Source: Azolla caroliniana (lineage: Eukaryota; Plantae; Polypodiophyta). From it: a stretch of DNA of 64,000 nt. The first letter of the stretch is position 1; each line of letters starts with the position of its first letter. Both the position numbers and the translations under genes were made by a program. The notes beneath the pieces are model-generated. The model worked only from the letters and a program-made list of their open reading frames with translations. It ran no database searches and had not been told where the DNA came from. Location of the stretch: the NCBI GenBank assembly GCA_043228905.1, contig JBHGNT010000021.1, positions 1,922,001 through 1,986,000 on the forward strand, given 5' to 3'. Shown here piece after piece: positions 52,959 to 64,000 of the stretch.

Positions 52959-54573
52959 TGGCAAGTCAGTTTGTTATTTTCTTCTTCATCCATATTATTT
53001 TGAAACCTTTAGTGTATTTTTATCTATATCCCTACAACCATTTTGTCATGTTCTTTTGTGTTTCAAGTTAAATTTCTCTTATGAACATCATAGAGTGTGA
53101 ACTAGGATTGTGTGTCATTACTCCGAACATTATTATCGAATCACCCCGTCTATACATTCGTATCTTTAACTTATGGTACGTACGTGTTGGTGTATATTTA
53201 ATTTTGTATAGTGGATGGTCCACGATACTCCTTTCAATGCCATGGTTTTGGAACAATTACTTAATAATGCAAGCCTCCTTTTGATGCCAAAAGATTGGTG
53301 AATATGTTTTGTGAGGATTGATTGTAGTACAAAAGGGGATAATGATCATGTATGATATCTTGTAGGCACCATCAGATTCTCCGCATACATGATTAGAAGT
53401 GGATGAGGATCACATGGTGCTTGGTCAAATTTTTTCACATCATGATGCTTGCATGGATTTTGCAAGAATACCCTTAACAATTAGTAAATGATATCGGATG
53501 TGTACTATCTATTACTAAACCTAATACCAAGTGATGTTTTGCATTCCTAAGATCCAATAAGATCCACTGATATGATCTTACTTGTGAGTTAGAATTGTTT
53601 TTTACCCAATTGATTTTTAAAGATTGCTCCATCTGGAGTGGAGACTGCACTTATAGATGATGAGGACAACAAAAGGAGAGAAGCTGAATATGGAAATGGT
53701 TGGTGGAAATGGTTGGGCTCAAGAACAAATTTAGTTTACGAACTATGGATATTATGAATCCATTGTAGAGATGCATTTTATAAGGGACAACAAATGGAGG
53801 AGTTGAACATGGAAATAGTTGGGCTCAAGAACAAATTGAAAATTCAAGTTGTGCTTGTTATGAGGACATCTTTTTGGCATCCAAAGACATGAGTTTGTCT
53901 CAAGGTGGAAAGATTTGGAGTCTGATTTAAAAAACAATTTTTGTAGAGTATGACAAAACTAAGTTCATTTGAGTTCATGATGGATGGAAGTCAAGCAAAG
54001 GGGATTGGTTCTAGTCAATTTAGCATAACCATTCAAAATGATCATAAATGTTTGTTACAAGAAATTATTTGAGCCTTCATTGATTTGGAAACTCTAAACA
54101 TTGGATGTGTCAAAGATATGTGGTGGCGGATAGTGATGCCCATCAATATACCACCAATCAAAGGGGATTATTTCCAATATCTCTATAACCAAGTCATTTG
54201 TTGCCATTTTGCTTTTAATTTCGAGGTGATGTTAACATGGCAACATAGGGCTCAAACTTAGTTAACATGATGAATGTTAACCCAATCTAATAAATCATAT
54301 GCATAAAAATGAGGTTAAAGATTGTAAATGGCCGAAGTATATAATGAAGCCACTAATATAAGAGATGAGGTGATCGAGCAGTGAGAAGGGGATCCTTTTG
54401 GAATTTAAGTCTTCACCAAAATCGGGTGCTTTGGAATACCTCATTATTGTTGTAGTCACGGATTTTGCTCTCTTGCAATTCCTGTCACTACATCTTGGTC
54501 GTGCTACGAGAGAGTTTTCTAGAGGTCATGAAATGGACATCAATCTGTCCAAAGCAATTGACTTATAGATAGA

Positions 54574-54795
54574 GGATAAGAATGAGGATGCTATACAACT
54601 CTATCCTTGAAGGCCTGTGTAAGGTGTCTAATTATTATGATGTCATTTTTTGGTATGATGAAAGTAGGCGGCAGGATCCATGGCTAGTCATTGGGATAGT
54701 CCTTTTTCCTCTTCTTTTTCATCTCTTTTGTAGTTTGTACTTGATAGGTTTTTTAAAACTAATGGAAGGATATTTTGTTTTGGAAAAAAAAATTA
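54574..54795 (+). mobile_element. 222-bp non-LTR insertion (LINE 3' UTR or SINE-like) with poly(A) and 18-bp TSD
   Basis: AATTGACTTATAGATAGA at 54556-54573 and 54796-54813; A-run at 54784-54792. Confidence 0.88.
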
Positions 54796-56959
54796 AATTG
54801 ACTTATAGATAGATCACCAACAATTTTCTACATGTGACAAATTGCTTGGGAACTACAAATCGATAACAAACTACCTTCTAACTCAATTAAGTCGTAGTTG
54901 TCAAGTAAAACCTTGAATTGTATAACCAACTTCAATTTTCAATTTTTTTACTAGTAAACGAAATCTCTTATAAGAAAATAATTGGTTGAAACAAGAAAGT
55001 TTCAATGATGCTAAGGACACCTAATGTGGTCTACATGAAAGGACAAAACAACTTTACAAGATATAGGAAATGTAACTTAGTCAAGAACCGTCGAAAAATG
55101 CCCATGCTTCAAATATGTTCAGATATATTATTAATATTTTGGGGATTAGATTTTCCTTTTGAAATGCCTACCACATGTTTTCATGTTAAGTCACAAGTCA
55201 CATCTATTTGACAAACATGGATCACTAATGCTACACTAAAGTAAGGTATACATAAAGGATTGTCATGATATCTTTAATGTGAATAAGCTTATATTCTTAG
55301 GTGTAGGTAGTGCAAACTCATGACAAACATGGGTTGTTTTGTACATTTCCATTTGATGACTTTCATGATTTTATAATAGATGAATTGAAGGCATGAAAGT
55401 GTATATTTAAATGCAAAATATCCCCATATTTAAATGCATTGATTTACTCACGAGTCACAATGCAAGCTCCAGTTAGGATGAGTTAAGGTTATATTTGCAT
55501 ATGTTTCTCATGGACGCATGTTACTCGTGAATTAGATGATTTACTGAACATATGAAAATTGAAGATAACATTATAGGGGAAGTCCAAGATACCAGTCAAA
55601 TTTTCAACCCCCGGGTCCCAACGTAAAAGGGTGAAAGCAATGGAATTTGCTTTTCATTAATATTTCTTGTTTATGGCAATTCATTTTTCATGCACAATAT
55701 CTAGATATACAACAAGTAGATATACATTAATGAGCTATATAGTTGAAGCACATATATGAACTATCATCGAACTATTCTTGTGTAAAAAAAAGTGAAAGAC
55801 AAATATAGATATCCAATGTGGAGAAACAACAGAGTCAATGACAACAAAGTCTGTGATGCAATAGGAGTTGGAACCTAGTGGTCTTAAGCTCGTAGATACA
55901 AGATACAACTCAATGATGAAATGATGAACTAATCCTAGATCTCTCTCCAAGAATCCTTTAACACAAGATTACGAACTCTTGCCCTCAAGCACTTATGCCA
56001 ACGACATCATCTAATTTGTAAGGATTATGCTTCATCTTTGATATAGAAAACTGATGCATCCTTTGGTTTCTTGAAATCCCACATTACCCACTCGCAAATT
56101 ATCACATCATTTGGTTGCCCATATTCCTACATCATTCGGCTCATTTTTCTTTGCTTGATGGTATTCTCTTACTTAGATACTCTATACTAGCCTCTTGGTC
56201 AGCTCAAATCGCAATGCTTTTGTAATGAGATTCACACATTTATACACTCGTATTCAAGAGCTTCACTCATGCCAATTAAATTATTTGGGTCCTTTCTAAT
56301 TAAAGCAAATTCCTCCATTTTATTGATTGCTTGAAGTCTCACATCATCTATTTGACAAATTTCAACCTCATTTGGTTGCCCAAATTCTCTTATCATCTTG
56401 CCCATTTTTCTCGACTTGTTGGAGTTCTCCCTATCAATGTAGTTTCTTAATCCAATCTTATCCTAAGGCTTCTGTAAAGAGATCCATACATTTGTGAACG
56501 AAATGAAAATTCTACAACTTCACCTTATCTTATGGACATTTAGTTTCTATATGGAGTGGTATTCCTTTCAATATGATAGGTATACTGTGGACCACAAGAT
56601 TCTTGGCAATAATAATGCAACTTTGGTTCACGTTTTATCTACGTAAACTCCCCCTCAATTTATATCCCATCATTAGTCACACTACTTTGCTTCTTCAATA
56701 TATCACCTTGTCTTGTACTCAATTTTGCGGAAGACAATGAGAAAATTAGTTGCTTTTTCCTAGTCAACGAAAATATTCTAAATCCCATGGAGCTAGAAAC
56801 GAAATTAGGGAGTAGAACTTTTCTCTACATCTCCACTTTAATCGTAAAAGAATTAAGATATCATACTATTTTTATTTTATTTCTAAACAAGATATCTGTC
56901 CATTAGTTTTAAAAAGCATATCATCTACAAAATACAATCCACTTATTTTACCAAAATGA

Positions 56960-58900
56960 GAGATGATTAGGAGATATATAGCCTCCGCTATGTGACTTTC
57001 AGCATACATGCTTGACATCAGTGCATATCCTACTATTATATCAGGATCCAATTTCAAAAAGCTTCATTCGAGCACAATTTCCCCCTATCTATATTTGCCA
57101 AAGCATCTACATGCTATCAATAAGGTCAACCAACTACACATATTTGTTGCTCAAAGGTTTCAAAGCTGGAAAACCTTTATTATTCTACACATACCCATAA
57201 ATCATTGCGTTGTAAGACACCACATCTCGATTATGTTGCTTAGAAAAGACAGTGAATGTTTCTTCTTAGTTTCCACATCTAAAATACATGTACATATCAT
57301 ACATCATGGATGTGCAAAGCTGAAAAACCTTTATTATTCCGCACATACCCAGAAATTATTGCATTGTAAGACTCCGCATCTTGATTATGTTGCTTAGAAA
57401 AGATTGTGAATGCTTCTTCCGGGTCAAAAATAAGTGACCATATTTGGCAAGATGCTCTCGCGTTGCAATGATCCCACATGATTCAATGCTTCTTCATCTT
57501 CCCCATATTGAATATTTCGTGTTATAATTGTGTTCCAGCAAGCACATCTCTAACTAGAAATCCATTAAAAATCTCTTGTGCTTGAGTGAGTCCACCACAG
57601 TTGGTATACATATCCACCAATGCATTGCCTACCATAAAATTATTCCTTACCAATGGCTGGACAACTCTTAAGATGCCAAAATGAGTGACCATATTTGGCA
57701 AGATACTCTCGTGTTGCACTGATCATCGCATTGCAATGATCCAAAACGATTCAATGCCTCAAGTTACATTTTCTTTAAAGAATCTAGTGTTTTTTCAGCA
57801 TGATCCTTTTCAACATATCCTGATATCAAAGCATTCCAAGAGACCACATTGACTGTTTTTTATGCTTTTTCAAGCTTGCCACATATAGCATACATGTCCA
57901 CCAAAACATTCCCAAGCTCAATATTGTTTCCTAACAACCGCTTACTCATGATTGCATTGTGACTTTCTATTCCTGTCAACCACTCCTACACTGTCACATG
58001 CCTTTGGCAAACTTACAAAGGTGATTATATCCAGAGAAAGACCATCATTTTGCATTTGTTCAAAAAGATTCAATGCTACATGGCCAAATCTATACTGGTA
58101 ATATCTTGAAATTAGTGCATTCTTAGAAGCCACAACCTGAACCGGAAGCCCCTTGAGCACTTTCTATGTTTTTCCTCTATGTAAAGCTCCTGTGCTTGAA
58201 CAAGCCTTGAATATGCAAATGGAAGTGATTGTACTTGGCAAGAGGTGATCACATTGCATCCTCTTGAAATAAGTTTTAGCTTTGCTTCCTTCCCCTTGCA
58301 AATAAACCACATTCAGAATATCTATAAAATAATGCTTTGCCAAGAATTGTCTCTTCCCTTGTTTATAGATCGAATCATGCTATAAACTTTCAGCATACAA
58401 GAAAATGTGTTGGCGTTGCATATTTTCAAAATAGCTTAGAACTTTCTTGGTTCCCCATATACTGAACCTCTTCAACATAACCATACTTAGCATATTCAGA
58501 AATCAATGTAGTCCAAGAGACTACTTTTCTAATTGGTAGTCCTACTCAACTGTTACATATCTCTTTGCTCATAGCCTCAAAACACAAAAGATTTCTGGCC
58601 ATATGGCATCCTTCTAGCCACTTCCATTACTTTGTCCAATTCACCTACACATAGAAGACAGAACCATCATCAAGGTATGAGTTGCGGATGCATGTGCGTG
58701 TGACTTCATCCGGTTTGAATCCATCCAAAACCATTTTTCAAAACAAAATGAATCACTCATGAACGATGGCATAGTCTTTTAAAGACTTAAATCATCTTAG
58801 ATAATGAAAACCCCATCTTGAATGCAAGATTTGAAGAACAATGACCAATCCTCCTCTATTTTACACATTCAATGTACTCACAGTAGCTGCATCTTGAGAC
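56960..58900 (-). pseudogene. PLS-class pentatricopeptide repeat (PPR) pseudogene ending in an E-type motif
   Basis: VGNALVDMYTNCGGLTQAQEIF, LGNVLVDMYAICGKLEKA, VVSWNALISGY, GFKPDEVT and E-like KLDPDIIVGYALMSSMYA, with many frameshifts and stops. Confidence 0.88.
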
Positions 58901-58910
58901 ACAATCCTTC

Positions 58911-59457
58911 TTCAACCTGCTCATAGTTAACAACACATAAGACCTGCTACCAAATGTATACATCCTAATACAACACCTTTTGACAATTTATCTCCAGTCA
59001 TCCTCCCCAGAAAAATGAGAAAACCATTCCCCCAGTTTGAAAAGTAATGAAACATAATCTAGCCTCCCTATCACTCCCTAGAACTGCTTCAACATCGTTT
59101 AACATCATCCATCTCTGCTACAAACACAAAGTAAAAGGGTTTTCCCATAAGGATGGCTTCCCCAAGCAAAGCCAAACCCCTCTTCTATTTTCCACATTCA
59201 ACCTGCTCATAGTCAGCAACACATAAGACCTGCTACCAAATGTATACAACCTAATACAACATCTTTTGATAGTTTGTCTCCACTCATCCTCCCCAGAAAA
59301 ATGAGAAAACCACTACCCCAAATTTGAAAAGTAAATGAAACCTAATCTAGCCTCCTTGTCACTCCCTAGAACTGCTTCAACATCATCCATGTCTGCCACA
59401 AACACAAACTAAAAAGATTTTCCCATAAGGATGGCTTCCCCAAGCAAAGCCAAACCA
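58911..59457. repeat. Tandem duplication of ~285 bp
   Basis: TTCAACCTGCTCATAGT...CCCAAGCAAAGCCAAACC occurs twice (starts ~58911 and ~59197). Confidence 0.9.
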
Positions 59458-60199
59458 AATAACCTTAATGTTCTTATTCCCTCATCCTTTGCATCCATCA
59501 TGCTGTGCCACTTGAATATAAGATTGGATGGATAACAAAGATTGACGGCAAGAGTAGCGTACAACTAATCTATCCAACATCCCTATGATTCCATAAAAAT
59601 GCTCCTCCTCCTCTATCATCATCCTTGTCAAACAAAAAATTATTATATACTGTTCAAGTCTACGGATGACTTCCCCACCATTGAATAGTTGTAGTAAATG
59701 CTTCATCCACCACCCTCCATCAACTACACAAGAAAATCTGTCAACCAATATGAAGTAAGTTATAATAAAAAAAATATAAAATAAACCTCCATGTCACTCC
59801 ATAGAAATGCTTCGTCCGCCCATAACAACGTCCACTCCTTGTCTAGTATAATAGTAATAGTAACCGCTTCATCCACCATCAATATTTTTCCATGGTAACT
59901 ACCCAACGGCACCGCGTCATAGTCCATTAGGTACATAATAAAGTTTGCCAAAAAGTATCAAACACTACAAAATATGTTATAATAAAAAATATAAATAACC
60001 TCCCTATCACTCCATAGCAATGCTTCGTCCTCCCATAGCAACATCCTTCTCCAACAAAGAATAGAATTATTATGTTTTTCAAGTATACGGATGACTTCCC
60101 CAGGCAAAGATGATCCATAAACCCCCTCACTATTTAGTCTCTAGTACTAAGAAATGCTTCATCCACTATCAACATTTGTCTAAGATAACTGCCCAACAA

Positions 60200-62730
60200 T
60201 GGTACCTTGTAGTCCATCAGCTACACATTGAAACATGTCAAAAAGTTATGTTCTTATGTGAAGGAAGTATATTCCATCCCAACTTAAGAATGAAATAAGA
60301 AAGGACTAGGCGGAGGAAACAACCATCGTGGTGTCACATAATTCCAACATTTTTCATGTGTCCCATCCAACCATAGAGGTATTGGCCACCATATTTGACA
60401 AAATTTCCTTCTTTTCTTATCTACCTTTTCTGTTGTTCCTTTAATATTATCATACTCTCCCTTAACAGTGTGTTCCAAGTTGTCCCAGAACATCTTTATC
60501 ATATCCACCACATTATACTCAATACTTTCATATTTCTTGCTGCACCGACACTTCCACCACACACATAAAGCATTAATTGAAACAATATTCCAAACAAAAG
60601 ACTTTTTAAAATATTTACCACTCGGAATGTTTGGGAGAATTGCTTCAATTCTATTCTCCAACACACGCAATGCTTCCACACATTGCTCCCCTTCGTACGT
60701 GGATACTTGCACATCTAAAGACCCCCAAAAAATAGCTCCCCATGTAAACATCGTTCCTCTATATTTACAAGAAAACATCCTTAATATTCTTCCCCAATAT
60801 TTTTGAGCTGCAATACAAGTCCATAACAAATGTTTCAAAGTCTACTCCTGTAATTGGCTACATACACAATGACGATCATCAACTCGTCCTTTTCGATGAA
60901 AACCTACAGGTAAAACATTATGAAGTCATAACCACTTAAAAGAAATGGCTCTCTGTAGACATGGTAGAGCCCATAAACATTTCCAATAAGCCAAATATTG
61001 AGGCGACATTGCACCCGACTCCCAATACTTTTGTGTCGCAGGACTTATGCAATGATGTTGCAACAAGAAGCATCTCCCATAGGCCACAGAATACTGGAAA
61101 AAAGGAAGAGTCCTCCTTTCTTGTTCATTTGCCGAGGACCTTCCAACCAACCGCCATGTATAATCAGCCGGTTCCCAATTAAGGTGTTCCATCGACTTAC
61201 TTTGAAATGCCCACAATTGTCGTGCATGGTCAGCCAAAAAAAGGTTAGGATCTAGGAAAATCTTCTTGTCTAACCTAGCAATGACCCTAATGGGTTTTTG
61301 GGAGGCTAGTTGCATAACTTCAACGTCTTCTTCCACTAAATATAAAAGACCAGCATCTCCAACCTCATAAAATCATATTCGACCCTCATTAGTATATGCC
61401 CTAACACTTATTAAAATGCCCAAAGGAGGGAAAAGACCGTACCATCTATATTTATTATGTAAGTTAATTTTCCTTTGAGAATTTTGAAGAGCCTGCTGAA
61501 TCTGAACGGACATCAAACATCCCCCATGTATTGAAGACGAGAATTGTTTTTTGTCCTCATTCGAGAGAAATTGAAATCACTCCCAATCAACCACACTTGT
61601 AGTTGGTCTTGAGTCATTTTCCTTCACAATAAATGCGGCCTAATACCTAAAACACAACCAGAGCTATCAGTAAACAAAGGATTCCATAACAATAGTTGCC
61701 TTAGAAATTGGGCTTTTGTTGATGGCAGTTGAAATAGGAGAGCCTCTCTAATGTCCTTCCATGCCCTATAAATACTTGTAAAAAATCTCCTAGAACCAAC
61801 ATTTTGAGCCTTAATTGGAAATTCAAAATTAAACAACCATCTAAAACTATCCTGCTATTGTCCTCCTATGGTAGGCTTAATGTTGCGAAGATCTAGCAAC
61901 CATAACTTTTTCCACAACTCATCCCCATGCATAAATCATCTCACAACATGCTTCACAAGAAGAGCCTTACTCTAGAGCATAGGATCTATTAAGCCCAATC
62001 CACCTTCACTTATTGGCCGGATTAAAACCGACCAAGCAACTTTTGCAACAACCCTTGATCGTAGCGAAGCACCCCAAATAAAATTATGAACTAAGCATTG
62101 TAATTTCAATATAATAGAACGTGAAAATAACCAAGTTGATGCAACATACCACATTGATGCGAGCAAAACCGAGTTTTCCACAACTACCCTTCCCGGTAAA
62201 GACAAATTAGTTCTATCCCAATACAACAATTTATTTCTAATCTGTAACAAATGGGGTGTTACCATATCTTTTGCTGACAATTCTATCCCCGCTTGACAAC
62301 CCAAATACCTTACTGCTATACCTCGAGGTACCCAAATAAAACCTGGAGTTGGCACATCTTGTGGAGGAGAGGAAAACGTGACCAAAAATCCCATGGACTT
62401 GTCCCAATTAATCAAAGCTCCTGAAGCATCACAAAAATATGTTACCGCTTGTTGAAGATTCAACAAGTTCTCCTTTTTTGCAGAAACATATAAAGCGGTG
62501 TCATTAGCAAATTTTGAATAAACAGTCATGGTTGCATATCCTTGTATAGGTAAGGCTATACCACGAATATCGACATTCCTACTCCTAAGGTAATCAGAAA
62601 AAACTTCAGAGACTAAAATAAACAAAAAGGGAGCCATTAGATACCCTTGGCTTACTAATCGCGAAATTGAAAATCTACAGCCAACATCACTTGCAAATAA
62701 AAGAGAACTATGAGCGGTTCTATACAAAGT
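60200..62730 (-). mobile_element. Degenerate L1/Tx1-like LINE ORF2 (RT, zf-RVT, C-terminus), interrupted at ~62730
   Basis: VSQGYLMAPFLF, SKFANDTALY (FADD-like), RYLG, LSLPGRVVV, EGGLGL, zf-RVT near 60800-60950, CWNYVTPRWLFPPP. Confidence 0.92.
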
Positions 62731-62822
62731 TGCGACATCCCTTGTTTATCCTGGGCAAGACTAGCCACAAACACAAGGTGTCCTTCCAAATCACTTCACC
62801 AAAAGGGTGGTTACGGGTAGGA

Positions 62823-64000
62823 TGTTAACCGACACAGATATGATTCTAATACGACTACTTCCAGATCGGTTCCCGGAATGACAATATATCACCGATTGAT
62901 TAACACGCGTAATATATAAATCAAGCACAGACGGTAGTAGACAAGATACACAATAGTTAAATCCAAATTCAACTTATATTACTTTCGTGCTCATTACATT
63001 GCTTTTTGGATCCTTTTATAGGCATCAGGTTCTGATTACAAAACCGTGTCATACCGGCAACCGGCTACGAATCTGTCTGGATCCAGATCGGTGCAACTAT
63101 TCCGAATCCACCTGTTCCTATTATAATTATAACTCATTAACAATCTAATACTAATATCCGTTCCCGACTCGTCCCCCACTTGTCCTCCACACTTTGGCCA
63201 ACACATGGCACACCTATGGGACAATACATTGTACGTCGAACCCACAGGTTAGCTCCGTCAATCCTCTTCAAAAATGTCCAATATGCTCTGGTCCAGGGGT
63301 TCAAGCGGTACTTCACTCTGTTACTCTTGTTGCTCCTACTGATCTGGCTCCTGCTACTCGTTCTGTTGCTCTCTGACTTCTTTCGGCTGAGGTATGTCCG
63401 TTTTTGCATTGGCTTTGGCAATCTCTCTGTCTTCGGTTCCCGCTCGCTGCTCCGACCCGACCGCTTCGTTCTGGTCCGCACCGACTTCCCTTGGTTGTTC
63501 TCCTTCGGATTCATTTGGCGGCTCCTGCTACTACGGTTGTGGTTCCACAGACTACTCCTCATCATTTATGTTTATTGTCGCCGTTCTTCTTTCCGCTTCC
63601 AGTCGTCAGTGTTCCCGTTCGTATCGATCAAACTAAAGTTGCATTCCAAGTTGATCATCATCAAGACTTTCAATCAGCCTCCAGACGGCTTCAAGGTGAG
63701 TTTCGGCCAAGGAAAAGAAGTCATACGACAATTCCTCCCAAATGATCACTATACTCTCTTCGTCCATCTTGTAGAAATTGTCACCAGCCTTCTTTTGGTT
63801 TTCCGCATCGGCTCGAAGGATCTGGAGTTCTGTAGCTTGCTGCGACCATTCATTCCACACGGTTGCTGAATAGTCATCAATGTTTGTCTTTGTCTGGTCC
63901 TTCCATGCCGTGACTATCACTCGAATCCGTTCCACACCGAGCTTTATACTGTCCTCTACAACCTGCTTCTCGTCCTTCATCTTCTTGATAAGGGCGGCAA
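62823..64000 (-). mobile_element. LTR (62823-63142) and adjacent internal region of an LTR retrotransposon with a decayed extra ORF; continues past the right edge
   Basis: TGTTAA...TTAACA termini (320 bp) with no matching TSD on both sides, a purine tract ~35 nt away, and a helical then Glu/Gln-rich frame broken by TAG/TGA. 62731-62822 (starts TG) may be a piece of yet another LTR. Confidence 0.6.

Noticed and set aside
63180-63869. 229-aa plus-strand ORF with apparent transmembrane stretches (env-like)
   Set aside because: The Leu runs are the antisense of the Glu/Gln codons of the minus-strand extra ORF.

Overview
Eukaryotic plant genomic DNA, most likely from a seed-free vascular plant such as a fern (inferred from the PLS-class PPR relic and the LINE and LTR families). 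It is AT-rich, CpG-depleted and dominated by transposons. 1-11263 is a nested LTR-retrotransposon cluster, with all orientable elements on the minus strand. An old Ty1/Copia element (Copia-A) is interrupted by a second Copia (Copia-B, 4692-8281, carrying only RT and RNase H plus a solo LTR) and by another LTR, into which a young GC-rich Ty3/Gypsy inserted. That Gypsy has a tRNA-Trp primer-binding site and a candidate -1 frameshift signal (G GAU UUU UAG plus hairpin) between protease and RT. The rest is mostly decayed LINE, Copia and MITE sequence. Host features are a MIR160 hairpin (mature 28898-28918), a divergent small ORF with a signal peptide and four ~10-aa repeats (28133-28345, -), an unidentified multi-exon pseudogene (~36.4-39.9 kb, -), an intact intronless LUX ARRHYTHMO/PCL1-like GARP gene (51753-52958, +) behind a motif-dense repeat array, and a frameshifted PPR pseudogene (~57-58.9 kb, -). 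Several divergent LINE 3' ends share a short motif (ACTAATGGRAG) just before the poly(A) tail. All calls are by-eye reading of the sequence; no searches or folding programs were run.
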